Assembly: GCA_037447605.1 (NCBI GenBank)
Contig: CM074807.1
Span: 3,980,829-4,044,828 of the forward strand
Source: Zygnema circumcarinatum SAG 698-1b
Taxonomy: Eukaryota; Plantae; Zygnematophyceae
Reading direction: 5' to 3'
Length of the DNA: 64,000 nucleotides
A model generated the notes under the pieces. That model was not told where the DNA came from, made no database searches, and saw nothing but the letters and a program-made list of their open reading frames with translations. The position numbers and the translations under genes were made by a program. Positions 15,708 through 37,468 of the stretch are shown here, piece by piece (the stretch's first letter is position 1; the number at the start of each line of letters is the position of its first letter).

Positions 15708-16617
15708 GGGTAGTGATATTTCCACCCCTTTTTTGGATCCAAACACCCCTTCCCGGCCGGGCAGAGTTCAAAAGGGATTAAAAACAGAAAATGCTTTTTT
15801 CACACCTTTTTGGAATCGATACCCACCTTCTTCCGTCGGCTGATTTTATTTTTGCTAACCAAGGAAAATGATACCCCGTCATCGCATTTTGAATACTGTA
15901 TCCCGCCTGCCTGAATTTTTGCGGAAAGAAATATCTGCCTGCCCGAATCCGCTCGGAGCGCAGATCTGTCCACCACGTGGGTCGTGTCAACATCGCGCTG
16001 TCGATTCCTCGCAGATCACACCACCGCAGATCACCGTTCGATCTGCGCCGGGCTCGATCTTAGCGAATGGAAAGCGCCCACGAGTCCCGCCAAAGCCGGA
16101 TCGCACGTGCGAGTGCGCGCGTCCCTCGGCCCGAGATCTCGTCATTGTTAGCTCTCAGCCAATCAACATCTGCCACGTGTTTAATTTTCGACGTGGAAAA
16201 TTTTGATTGGTTTAAGATCTCAATGTACGAAATTTTGGGTTCCTCAAGTTCGACCGTACGACATTTGTACGGACAAACGTTTGAGAGGACTTTTGGCGGG
16301 ATACGTGGGCGCGTGCCATGCGCTGTGACCGAGCCCGGCTGCAGATCAAATAGTGATCTGCCGTGTTGCGATCTGCGTCGGAATCGACGGCTGCGATTGA
16401 CCGCACGCGTGAAAAAAAATTCAGGTAGGCGGGATATTCAAATGGGGTGACGGGTTATCATTTTCCTTGTTTCGCAGAAATAAAATCTGCCGATGGAGGG
16501 TGGTATCGATTCCAAAAAGGTGTGAAGAAAGCATTTTCCGTTTTTAATCCTTTTTGAAATCTGCCCGGCCGGGAAGGGGTGTTTGGATCCAAAAAAGGGG
16601 TGGAAATATCACTACCC
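15708..16617. mobile_element. Non-autonomous long-TIR (Mutator-like) element, complete copy
   Basis: TIRs of about 210 bp starting GGGTAGTGATATTTCCACCCC. 8-bp flanking duplication TATATTAA at 15700-15707 and 16618-16625. No ORF. Confidence 0.85.
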
Positions 16618-17499
16618 TATATTAAAAACGGAAAATGCTTTCTTCACACCTTTTTGGAATCGATACCCACCTTCTTCCGTCGGCTGATTTTATTTGCTAA
16701 CCAAGGAAAATGATACCCCGTCACCGCATTTTGGAATACTGTATCCCGCCTCCCTGATTTTTTTTTTTGAGGGAAAGAAATATCTGCCTGCCCGAATCCG
16801 CTCGGGGCGGAAGATCCGTCCCCACGAGATCGTACGCGGTGTTCGTTCTTTCACAGGCCGGTGTCGACGTATCTAGCCGATTTCCTCGCAGACGTGTACC
16901 ACTGCAGACATCACCGTTCCGATCTGCAGCCGGGCTCGATCTTAGCGAATGGAAAGCGCCCACGAGTCCCGTCAAAGCCAAACCGCACGTGCGAGTGCGC
17001 GCGTCCCTCGGCCGGAGATCTCGTCATTGTTACCTCCCAGCCAATCAACATCTTCCACGTGTTACATTTTGACATGGAAAATTTTGATTGGTTTAAGATC
17101 TTAATGTACGAAATTTTGGGTTCCTCAAGTTGCGACCGTATGACATTTGTACGGACATACTTTTGAGAGGACTTTGGCGGGATACGTGGGCCCGTGCCAT
17201 GCGCTGTGACCGAGCCCGGCTGCAGATCAAATAGTGATCTGCCGTGTGGCGATCTGCGAGGGAATCGACGGCTGCGATTGACCGCACGCGTGAAAAAAAA
17301 AATCAGGTAGGCGGGATATTCAAATTGGGTGACGGGTTATCATTTTCCTTGTTTCGCAGAAAGAAAATCTGCCGATGGAGGGTGGTATCGATTCCAAAAA
17401 GGTGTGAAAAAAGCATTTTCCGTTTTTAATCCTTTTTGAAACCTGCCCGGCCGGGAAGGGGTGTTTGGATCCAAAAAAGGGGTGGAAATATCACTACCC
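16618..17499. mobile_element. Second, 5'-truncated tandem copy of the same long-TIR element
   Basis: Colinear with 15780-16617 but lacking the first ~70 bp. Ends in CACTACCC followed again by TATATTAAAAC. Confidence 0.85.
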
Positions 17500-18039
17500 T
17501 ATATTAAAACCAGAATAATAAGGGCAGCCACGAAGGGCCGAAGGCGCGTTTCCAGAAACGATCCTCGTCCTACAACGGACCTGGTTCATCTCGTCATAGA
17601 GAACAATTTACACGTGTGAGGCGGAACCATTCACACCTGCAGGTCACAATTGTAGCCATTCGCACATGACCCTTTTCCCTTTTTCCTTTTCTCCATCGTT
17701 GTAATTTGGAACTGCTCGCACTACAATGCCTTCACATTTTTTGATTTCTATATTTTGTGATGTAAGGAGAAAGTGGTGTTTGTTTGTCCTTTGCTATCAC
17801 CTTCTCACAGTAAGCAATGAAATGAGTTCGCATCCTTCATATTCACATTGGGCCGTTTCAATTCACAGTCATTATCAAGCTAAATCAAGCTTGTTTGTTG
17901 GGAGCAGCGCCCCCACTTAGTCGCTCATTGCACCAAACATGCCCAGCAAAGTCACAGCGAAAATATGAACGCTGGGCATCAGGAGCCACAAGCTTTACTT
18001 GTCGCCCTCTCCAACCACGAAAACTAACCCCTCCACCTT

Positions 18040-18540
18040 CTAAAGGGCCTCCCCCACAAGCCCCCAAAACAGCTACCCCAATCCCAAAGAGGGCGCCAAT
18101 CTTCTAAAAATCAGCCCCCCCCAACCTAAGAACGGGCCCCCAAAACATAACAACAGGCCCCCCAAACCTATAACCCACCCCCCCCCCCCCCCCCCTCCCC
18201 CCTCCAATCATAGAAACAACCCCCAATACCTAAAACAGCCCCTCCAAAACCAATGTAAGCAGCCCCCCCGACCTAAATCCAAAAAGCAGCCTGTCAGCCT
18301 TAGAAAAGCCCAACCCTGCAAACAGGGCCACCGACTTTAAAATAGCCCTCCAGTCCTAGACACAGCCCCTCCCCAGAAAAGCGGGGCCTTCAATCCAAGA
18401 AACAGGCCCCCCAACCCTAAAAACAGCCGGCCAACCCTCACAACAGCCACCCAATCCTAAAAACAACTCTACAATCCCCCAAAAAAGCTCCCCTAATCCC
18501 ACAAACAGTCAACCATTCCTAAAAACAGTTCTACACACAG
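18040..18540 (+). repeat. Degenerate ~20-21-bp C/A-rich minisatellite (CCTAAAAACAGCCCCCCAA-like)
   Basis: Recurring aaacagcc...ccaaccct units, almost no G/T on the + strand. Confidence 0.7.
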
Positions 18541-19158
18541 TTCAAAGACTAGTAAAGCAGACGCTTTAAGCAAAACAGCCTCCACTCTTATAATCGTTCA
18601 AATTCACAACAAGACCTTAATTTTAAAAAAGCCTCTGACAAGACTCCCCGATGGACATTATTGACCTCCAACCTAACACCACTCTTAACCTGCTTTAAAC
18701 TGCAGGCTCGGCAAGCCCAAAACTACAAGACGAAGTGTGATATATCTGCCCTAAACAATCAAACAGGGAACTTCCGTCGACGAGCATGCGATGTAGCAGC
18801 GATTTTACTTCAACGTCGACCGTAGCATCACTCGTGCTCATGCAATGCAGCGTTTGCATCACTGCATGCATCGCCCCTCTTCAGCATCACGCACCGAACT
18901 TCAAATAACTTTAGATAGTGTACAGCTTATAACTCGGAGAGGAACGTTGAAATTTGGAATCTGATTGGCCAGCAAACGTCGACAAATGCAAATTGCCGCC
19001 ATTCCCTCGAACGCGGATTCAACCCAAACACCGAAACTTTCAAAACTTTAAACCTTCAAAACTCCGTGACTTTATAACATTCAAAAGTGGGCCCCCTCCT
19101 TTGGTGTGCTTGGCTTTGCTAGATGCCGCAAGTTCCCAAGTTTTGTTCGATCTTCCGC

Positions 19159-22100
19159 TTACAATTCATCATCGTTCACGTTGAGAGCAAAGGGACCAAC
19201 TTTCACATCGAAAGGAGAGGGCGTCACGTCGTCGCAATAGATCATCTCATACTCACCTTCCTGTGTCACACGAAGCAAATGAAGTCACATCAGAATTCCG
19301 AAGCAAAGCAATACTACAAAATCACATTATACTAAAGACTAGAAAGGAGGGGGGAATGGGAGAGTGGGAGAGGGAAGGGAAGGGCGGTGGAGGCGGAGGA
19401 GGGAGGAGGAAAGATCCAAACTTTCAACATTATCGACATTGTCGCCAACATACACTTATAATGGTCTAAACTTCAAGAGTCATCGCACGTAAATTCTTGC
19501 CTTCCACACACTTCACTACTATTTTGTAAACCAGTCTCACATAGGTTGACCTGCCTGCAATTATGATTCGTTTCACACCCTTCGCAGAAGTCGGACAGTA
19601 AGATAATTGTTTGGACATTTGGGAAGCGGAACGTTGCCAGCCCTTCAGCGTTGCCAGCCATTCAGCGTTTCCAGCGTTTTCGTTATGGAAAAACGATCAT
19701 GTACGACCCAAATATATGTCTACAAGGTACTAGCGTCACTAGTAGACCGACTTACAGATAAGACGGTTACAGTGTGAGAGAGAAAGTGGTAGAGGAGAGT
19801 GAGAGGGGGGGAAAGGGGGGAGCGAGGAACGAGTCAATCATCTTGACTCTCAAAAAAAAAAACCCAGAAGCAGTGACTACTCAAGATAAGGAACATATCG
19901 GCAGAGAAACACTCGATAGATAGGGAATTCGGCATGGAGACATTACCATAGTCCCAGATGGCGTCCTTAACGGGCATGCTGAAGTATACTCAAAACTCGC
20001 ACCAGGTCGTAGTACAGGCTGTTCACCAATAACACCTGGACCCCTGCATCCTTCCCATATGCAACACACAGGCAATTCCTCGTGAATTCTTTGTTTCGCA
20101 AATTGATTCATATTTCTTACATTTTGAAAGTTCCAACAACACCAGCATACATAACAACAACACTGCCAAACCACCCGCAAAATGACACCGTGAATATATA
20201 CAGGACTGAAGGACGGATTAGTTGGCATCCACGTGAATCATTTCCACTGGTGAAAGATTGCCTTCACATTTTAGAGTCCAAAATGAACTTGTCTCAGAGA
20301 GAAAGTGCCGGCCATGACATGCAAAAAATATACAAATTCCTCTTCCTGAAAAAATTGAGTATCGCAATGGTCACCAACACTCATCGCTCCAACATTCTTA
20401 CCCAAAAGAAAAATATGCTTAATTATAATTCTCACCTTACTTCTTCTACTCGCCCATTTGCGTCTGTGATGACCCAATGGCGGTTCAACAGCTGGACTGG
20501 ACGGGACCCCTCGTTCGTGATTCGAATGCGATATGCGAAGAAGTATTGATGCCGAGAAGGTGTGCTCCTATCTCTCACATATATACTTCGCACACGTACT
20601 CTTACTCCCTGTGAGACACCAATATTCAGTAGGGAGCATAATCACTGAAAATGAACAGCATTTCAACGTCAAATATGATAATAGCTTTCCACCAAGGATT
20701 CAAGATACTCTACTGTTCAGATGTGACACTGTTTGTTTCATACATTTGCGGCAGTTGGAAAAACAAATAATAGACAACCCCGCATCCCGAACAGCTGCTG
20801 GTTCCAAACTGACGAGAAGGGACGAAGTTCCATATGCTTTCCGAAACAGATGTGAATGAATTTCCGTACAACAGTCATCAAAACATCGAAAGAGAAAGAG
20901 AGATAAAAAAAAAGAGGAGAAAAGAACATGTACCTTCGTCGCTGTGTCACTAGAACATCTTATGATTAGTTTTTTTTCCTCAACTTCTGGAGGTGCAATT
21001 CGACGTAGTTCATCCCGATATTGGGCCGCGTCCTGTAATATCTCACACAAGCAATCCATAAAAATACTTATCAAGTTATCGTTCATACAGAGTCCAGCAT
21101 CAAATACATCAATTGGACAGATCGCACTACCCTTCGGAGTACTCCTCCATATCTCAACCAAAATCTTCAGGAGCAGAAAGAAAGTGCTGATGCATTCAGC
21201 TATAATCTTTTCGCTCTTTCCAAAAAGCGAGACGCCCTAGACGGTCAATCGAGATGTTAACGAAACAAAGACAACAAACACCCTTACAGACTTACCGCAT
21301 AGCGTTCCTCTACAATTGCTTGAGCTAGCAGCTTCTGTAACTGGAAAACTGGTTCTCTCTCCTCCAACGACTTCATCAAGTCACGGACCTTTGCAGCTTC
21401 TGCATAATCCTGCAGAAAAGAAAAGGGAAAATCAATGAATTAGGAACTGCAGAAGCCCAGAAACATCAGCAATTGACCACATTGCTAGCTTTTTAGTAGA
21501 CTCATGACGAAAACAATGCATGAATGACAATATCTATGCAGTACTGCCGAACAAGGATACCAGAGGAGCAGCCAGAGAGCCTGCCCTGTATCATTACCAT
21601 CTAGGTTCAATCGCAGTGGACAAAGGTGAAAAAAAATAATGTGAAACGCAAACACCGCAAAACCTAAAGAAGTCGCAAAGGTCACATTTGACTCAAGCCG
21701 ATTAGAAAGACAGCAAATTCTCTTTGACAAAGTGGCAGGTTATGCATTTACTTTTCTAAAGCTCTGCATACATAAGAACTGCCATCCAAATGCGTTAAGG
21801 AGCTCGCCCTAGCACGTCCTCAACCTGCAACCTAGGTCATGACACTCTACGGCTTTGAAAAACAAACGACGAGAAAGAGCGTTCAGCAGGTAAGTCACAC
21901 CATGAAGGTGACTCTTGCAAGGATCTCAATCCTTAAAGGCTTCTGGCACCCACAAATATCTGTAACTATTTCTAACTGAGCAAATCCAGGTTTGTGTACT
22001 AAGAAGTCACAGGATTCAATTTCACCTCGTTCTGTGTTGCTTCATTCATCTGCCGCTGCAATAATCGCAGCATTTCTGAAACCTTGACGCCATTCTCAAC

Positions 22101-22343
22101 GCCCTCTCCGGAGGTTCCAGCACCTCCAGTAGCAACTTTTCCTTGATTGCTTCCTTCACCTCCTTCCATTCTGACAACGCAATGTCTCCTCCTTATCTGA
22201 TACGCGTTTCTGCTGCATGCTGCCTTCAAACTTTTCTGACTGCTTACTTTCAACTGAATACCGCTGCTGCTGCTGTTAGAACACGCTGCAAGAGAGGACA
22301 GCCTGCTATTTGCAATAATCAATGTTTTGCCAAGCGCCTCCAT
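19159..22343 (-). CDS. UVR (UvrB/C motif) + ApaG-domain protein with a likely plastid transit peptide, 6 exons
   Basis: Exons 22343-22026, 21409-21296, 21032-20934, 20608-20436, 20043-19947, 19260-19159, in frame. Motifs: [80 protein letters not shown]. Ser-rich N-terminus. Confidence 0.93.
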
Positions 22344-24710
22344 GGCTGGAGAGTTACTCTGCCTCAGTGATGCTCTGTTCCAGAAATGTACTCAACATAC
22401 CCTAGATGCAGTCTCACTCACCTATTCCCTCCACTCTTCTATCCTCTCCTCAAGCCCTCCTATCCTCTCTCTCCCCTCTCGTCTCTCGTCCTATCTCCCT
22501 CTCCTCGACTCTCTCTCTCCCCTCTATCTCTCTCTCTCACTGTCTCCCTCTCTCTCCCTGTGTTCGGGCAGATCCAGCTCCCTCTGCCTTCCCCTGAAGC
22601 CCACTACTGCCCACTGCACACTGCACTCTAATGTTTAGGTCACAAATATTTACAATTTAATTACACAAATTACATTTGCCAAATTTTAGGACTATAAAAA
22701 ACTCGGGGCACAAAAAAAAATTCTCAAAAAAGATTCCAGCTGGAAAGGCATTGGGTCGCCACGTGGCCGCTCGCCTGCTTCGCGGGAACGAACTCGGGAC
22801 CAACAGTCTGCGTTCAATTCCAAATACGTACCTTGCAAAATGGGAGATTCCAAGGTTTTGCATTAAATATGCAAATTTGCAATGTATGGATCCATTCTTG
22901 AAAAATTGGATAGATGATTGAACAAAGAATCAGTTCATAAAAAACGCCCGTAAAATAAAGAAATGTACTAAATCTTTTTTCGATGTGTCGTATCAAACAA
23001 ACGGCGCGCCGGGCTCCCCGGGATCGCGCCTCGAGGCGGGGACCAACCGGGAAAGAATTGTTTTTCAGGGACTTTTTTATTTCCTTTTTTGGTCCTCGTG
23101 TAAATCTCATTCGCCAATATGGTAGCTTTTTGCTTTAAGTTTTTGTCCCCAAACAAAATTCACATAGCTGGTCCCCTGGTACTACTCCATCGTAGTGTAT
23201 CGTACCGTACCGTATGATACCGTATCGTATTGTAGTATGCTATATCGTTGCTTATCGTTTTATATCGATTTGTATCGGAATATACCGTGCCGTATCATAT
23301 CGAACAACATCGTGTCGTGTCGAGAACGGCTATATCCCGGGACCGTGCCTCCAAGGAAACCCTAATTTCTAGGGAGGTGTGCGCTCTCTCGCGGTCGCAG
23401 TGCTGGAGGGAGGAGGCAAGCAGGCAGGTATGTATATGTATGGCTTTGGAAGGTGCAATTTCAAATGTAAGGTCAAATGGATAAGCAAGGAAAGAGGCTG
23501 CATTAAAACAGACCGTTACGGGTATGTGAAACAGTTGCGTCGGGTTTTTTTTTTTTTTTTTTGTAAACAATCCTTTTCAGTTAAATTTTCACCAAATGAA
23601 ATACTGGCCATAATCCTAATCATCTTCCGGCTGGCATGGTGACGACTCTAGAGCTTCAGAACGCTTTCCGGTACACCTTGCAGAGCTTCAAAAAAAGATA
23701 CGCCTTTTTTATAATGAAAGCTAAAGTTGAGTTCTTCAGGATTGTGGCACCACATGCTCCAGAGGCCTTTAAAAAACCGAAGTCTCAGCCTTGAACCCTA
23801 AATTTTAAGCCTGAAACCTTGACCCTGAACCCTGAAGCGAAGTGGATTGAGTCGGATCGTGTGAATGAAGGGACAGATAGTTGAAGCCTGCAATCTCTGA
23901 GTACTTCATTTCAAGGCGTAAGACAGGTACACGAGAAAGAGAGTGGGGGCGGCTTTAGAGAGGGAGGGAGTGGGAGTGAGAGAGGGAGAGAGAGAAAGAG
24001 AGAGAGAGGTAGAGGGGGAAGCAGAGAGAGAGATATATAGAGAGAGAAAGAGGTCGAGGGGGAGATAGAGAGAGATGTATAGAGGGAGAGAGCGAGATAG
24101 AGGGGGAGCCAGATAGAGAGATTTAGAGAGAGAGAGAGAGAGAGAACCCGCAAAGGTCAAGAAATAGTTTGAAGCGTCATATCATGTATCAACGAGTTGA
24201 GACGCTAAGCACCTGTTCTCTCACTTACACCTTTCCTTAGGTGATTCGCAGTTGATCTGCCAATTTCTTTCTACAAGTAGAAGGAAATAATCCAAACGTT
24301 CCATATCATGTTTCGGAATTTATATACTAGTCACCTAACCTTACCTTCACCAGCTACTGCACTTGGAGGGAGGGAGCACTTGGCCTTGTAATAAGCCCTA
24401 ATCATGAACCTTTTACGAGGAAAATTTAAGTTTTGATGGTTATTGCCCCTTCTTCGTCGTCTCCGTCCTCTCTCCCTCACCTGCAGCTCCCCATCTGTTA
24501 ATCGGACCTTGTTCTGTTTTATCCTTGCCTTTCTTCCTCAAACATGTCCATCTCTCTCCCCTCTACACTCTCCACCCTCTCCAACACTCCTTCGTTTTTA
24601 TCTCTTCACCTCCTTGTCCCGCACCCACCTCACTTTATCTTTCTCTCATCTCTGCCTCTTTCACACAACCATCTCAGTGGGCGCTATTGGTTTGCAATTG
24701 CAGCCTCGTA

Positions 24711-34049
<9,339 letters not shown>

Positions 34050-34849
34050 TGAGATTTTTGTTTTGTTCATCTCAATAGTAGTTGAATCTGGAGTTTTGAA
34101 TTCTTCTTTTTTTTTTTTTTTTGTTTCCTTTCCCTATGTACGTTGCGGTAGTTGAAGAATGTTTCAATTACGAATCAATCCCTCTGCTCTCTCTCTCTCT
34201 CTCTCTTCCCCCCTAGCTCTGTCTCTCTCGCTCTCTCTCTTTCTCCTTCTATATGTATGCCCGTCTTGTAGCACAAAGCCCTGCCGAAAGGTAACTCCGA
34301 TCTCGGTTGGCTAAGAGACCATAAAGTTGAAAAACATGTGCTTGAAGAAAATATAAATGAAGATCAAGCAGATTCAAGGATAAAGAGAACGCCTGGAAAA
34401 GGGATTTAAGTAGCAAATGCGAGTCCTACAGCCGATCCCCTTTTCAATTTATTCCAGCTCTCCGCATATACAGGGTCTCAGCACATAGAAAGCGAAATTC
34501 TAAAACGCCTGGTGCCTACAACCCCAAAAGCTAGAAGCCGCTAGGTAAGGGGTAGGACCTGTTATTCTATCTCTTGCTGTGCTGTGCTCTTTACATGCTT
34601 GCGAAAAGAAAAAAATGATTTCAGACTGCAGAGAATACGCTAACTGCAAAAGGTTCTGCATACATTCAGCCAAAAGTGGTTGGCGAGCCCTAATCCAGAG
34701 CAATCTGTACAGTTCAAATCCGATTTACAGACATCATCGACATCAGCTTAGAGACTGATTCACTCTCTTTCCTCCAGAAACATCCTCTCTACCCCCCCCC
34801 CCCCATTCTCCCTTTCCCAACTTCCTTTCAATGCCGGTGATTTTCATGG

Positions 34850-35602
34850 CTATCCTTGAGCAGCATCTCCTCCTTCATAGTCGTGATACCCCCTCTGCAC
34901 CATGTAGTTCTCCAAATCCTTGTCAAGCTCCTCAGTAGTAGGGGCACGACCCCCTCCTCTCCCTCTCCCAATCCCTCTCCCTCTCCCTCTCCCAGTTCCT
35001 CTCCCTCTCCCTCTTCCTCTACCTCTCTCCCCATTTCTACCTCCCGACAACTCTAACCGGAATGCATCCGCCATAGCTCTGCGAGCATTTACAATAACTC
35101 CTTGCTCTCTCCCTCTCACTGAAATTCCCCTCCCACCCCTTCGCCCTCTCACTCCCACTCCTCTCATATTCCCTCCTCCATTTCCAACGTCCCAAGCACC
35201 TGCTCCTTCTAGGCCTCCTACTCCACCCCTATCACCTCCTGTCAATCCTCCCCCTCGCCCTCTCCCTCTCCCTCTCCCTCCCCCTCCCCCTACCACAACT
35301 GCTACAGAAGGTGCAGTAACCTGCCCTCTACGCGAAGCGATGGCAGCTTCCCGAGCTTCTTTCTGCCGACTTAGTGCCTGCGCTCTCCGGAGAGAGAGAG
35401 CTGTTTGCTGGACTCTCTCTCCTCGTCTTTCTGAGGGAGCGGAGAGGGTGCGGCCGGAGGAGAGCGCGCGGAAGCGTTCGTCCAGTGTCTTGGGAGGGCC
35501 ATTGGAGGGAGAGGGCCCGCCGCTGCCTCGCCCTCCGCCTCCTCCACCTGCAGTAGCCCCTCCACGGTGTCTTGCACCGAAGGACCCTCTGGAAGAAGAC
35601 AT
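34850..35602 (-). CDS. Intronless RG/RGG-rich protein resembling UAP56-interacting export factor / CHTOP (Friend of PRMT1) family
   Basis: 250-aa ORF with an N-terminal KTLDERF UBM-like motif, long GRG/RGG tracts and a C-terminal TTEELDKDLENYM (FoP/ALY-type C-terminal UBM motif). Confidence 0.78.
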   Translation of the reverse strand: MSSSRGSFGARHRGGATAGGGGGGRGSGGPSPSNGPPKTLDERFRALSSGRTLSAPSERRGERVQQTALSLRRAQALSRQKEAREAAIASRRGQVTAPSVAVVVGGGGGRGRGRGRGGGLTGGDRGGVGGLEGAGAWDVGNGGGNMRGVGVRGRRGGRGISVRGREQGVIVNARRAMADAFRLELSGGRNGERGRGRGRGRGTGRGRGRGIGRGRGGGRAPTTEELDKDLENYMVQRGYHDYEGGDAAQG

Positions 35603-35877
35603 GAGAGGGAGAGGAAGAGGGAGAGCGAGAGGGAGAGGGAGAGGGAAAGGGAGGTATGAGCGGTGTTAACAGGAAGGGAGTGGACGAGAGAGAGAAATAC
35701 TGTATGCAGGTGGTCGCAAAATGGGGGAGAGAGCGAGAGCGAGGGAGGAGAGGGAGCAAGAAAATTAGGGCTTCCATGCAGATCGAGTTCACCGTCCACT
35801 TTCTCTTTACAAATGTTTCAAATTTCTCTATGGAACGGCAATCCAGTCTGACCGTACCATCTGGTACTTTTCGCGTA

Positions 35878-36366
35878 CAGTCAGCAGTCCTCATATTTTC
35901 CACCCTGTACAGTGCGTCCCCAAGAAATTCGCCCCGATTTTGCCGAAACCACCTTTTTGTACGGTAACTCTGTGTTATCCGTACTACCCGTACTATCCGT
36001 ACCCCTAAAACCCTAAAACCCTCGAAACCCTAAAAGCCGTACTAGCCGTACTTGCCGTGTACTAGCCGTTACGGGCTTCAGCAAAACTCACCGAATCTTC
36101 CCGCTCGTGCCGCCGTAAGAGGCGCTCGCTCGTCTTTCCTCCTTGTTGGCTACGATACGATACGATACGATACGATATGCTATGATACAATACGATATGA
36201 TACCGAACAAAACGGTACGATATGGTACGGTACGATACGTAAGGTCAAACATGAACTCTAACAATACCGCCCGTCTATTCGTAACACGAACCTTCTATTT
36301 GCAAAAATCAATATTTTCGCCTCATATTTTCCAAAACCATGGCGAAAATATGAGGACTGTTGACTG
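35878..36366 (+). mobile_element. Tc1/mariner-type MITE, complete copy (489 bp)
   Basis: TA|CAGTCAGCAGTCCTCATATTTTC ... GAAAATATGAGGACTGTTGACTG|TA, i.e. ~23-bp TIRs and a TA duplication. Interior has (CCCTAAAA)-like and (CGATA)n repeats. Confidence 0.85.
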
Positions 36367-37468
36367 TATTGCCGTACCGTACCGTACCGTACGGTCGTGT
36401 CGTGTCGTGTCATGTCACTTTCAGCCGTACGACTTGCGAAATCGAAAGGGACCTTTGTAGCGTAACGGAGCGGCGTTCGACGGATTTGCGTCAGTTCGAT
36501 TGTACTTGACGTATACCTCTTCCGTGTCACGGATCAACGGAATCCAGGAGCTGCCAACGGAGATTGAGAGAAGGCGGCGCCATGCGTTGGCGGCCCACGG
36601 AACGGCACACCATCCAGCAAGGCGCACTCGGAAGCGCCGCAAGATGCCGCCGATTATCATCAGTTGACCTATCCGAAGGCTCCACGTAGTCAGTCAGGCC
36701 TCTCAGTGGGCAGTTGGCCAATCAGGGACTGTCACTGCTAAGACTCAAGATCTATTGTCAGTGTTAAGTAGATGGGATGTCAGTGATGCTTTTTTGTCTT
36801 TTAGTGCTGGGCTTAGTATTTGTATTTGCTGTGTGGTTTGTTGTCTTGTTCTTTTTTCTTCTTTTCCTTCCTCTTCAGTTACAGCAACAGATGCTAAGTA
36901 GAGAGAGAGAGAGAGAGAGAGAGTCCCATGCCATAGATAGAGAGAGAGAAAGAGTCTTGCTAGCGTCAGCATTTGGCGCGTCCCATTCAGCCAGGCTGAG
37001 CCAGATTTGATTGAAGACAATTTCATTGTAATGGCGTTCCCGACCAACCCGGTGGGATGAAGTTTCCAAGATACAACCTTTATCTAAGTTGAGCACTGTG
37101 TTCCCTTTGTTGTCACTATGCCAAGCTGCCATCTTGTCCTAATCTGCCTTACGCTTATCCCAATGACCGATGATAACTAGAAGCCTAGCTAAGAGACTAG
37201 CCGAGGAGAGGACAGGGGAAGAGAGCCCCCAAGGAAGGGCTCTTCAAGACGTGAGTCCAAATTACCGGTGGGGAACATCTTCGATCCCTACGCTCACCAA
37301 GGCTGCATTCTCAATCCCCCTGACCCCGGCTCTATGCCGCAGTGCACTCCACGTAACCAACCCAACCCCTTCATTGCTTCCAGCGACGGACGCTGGCAGG
37401 GTCAGACAAAGACCGGGCAGCCTAGTTTCAAGAAATTTTGTAGCTTAAACGCCAAGGCCACCCCCAAG

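Noticed and set aside
22655-23165. Possible old long-TIR element between ApaG and PRP16
   Set aside because: The inverted similarity is weak and mostly A/T runs, and no TSD could be identified.
36003-36035. Interstitial telomere (CCCTAAAA x3)
   Set aside because: Only about three units, lying inside a MITE. Too short to indicate a chromosome fusion.
37170-37448. ORF MITRSLAKRLAEE... (also 52889-53284) as a gag start
   Set aside because: It lies inside the LTR repeat itself, and the two copies diverge in frame after ~25 codons. The gag-like sequence is at ~45300.
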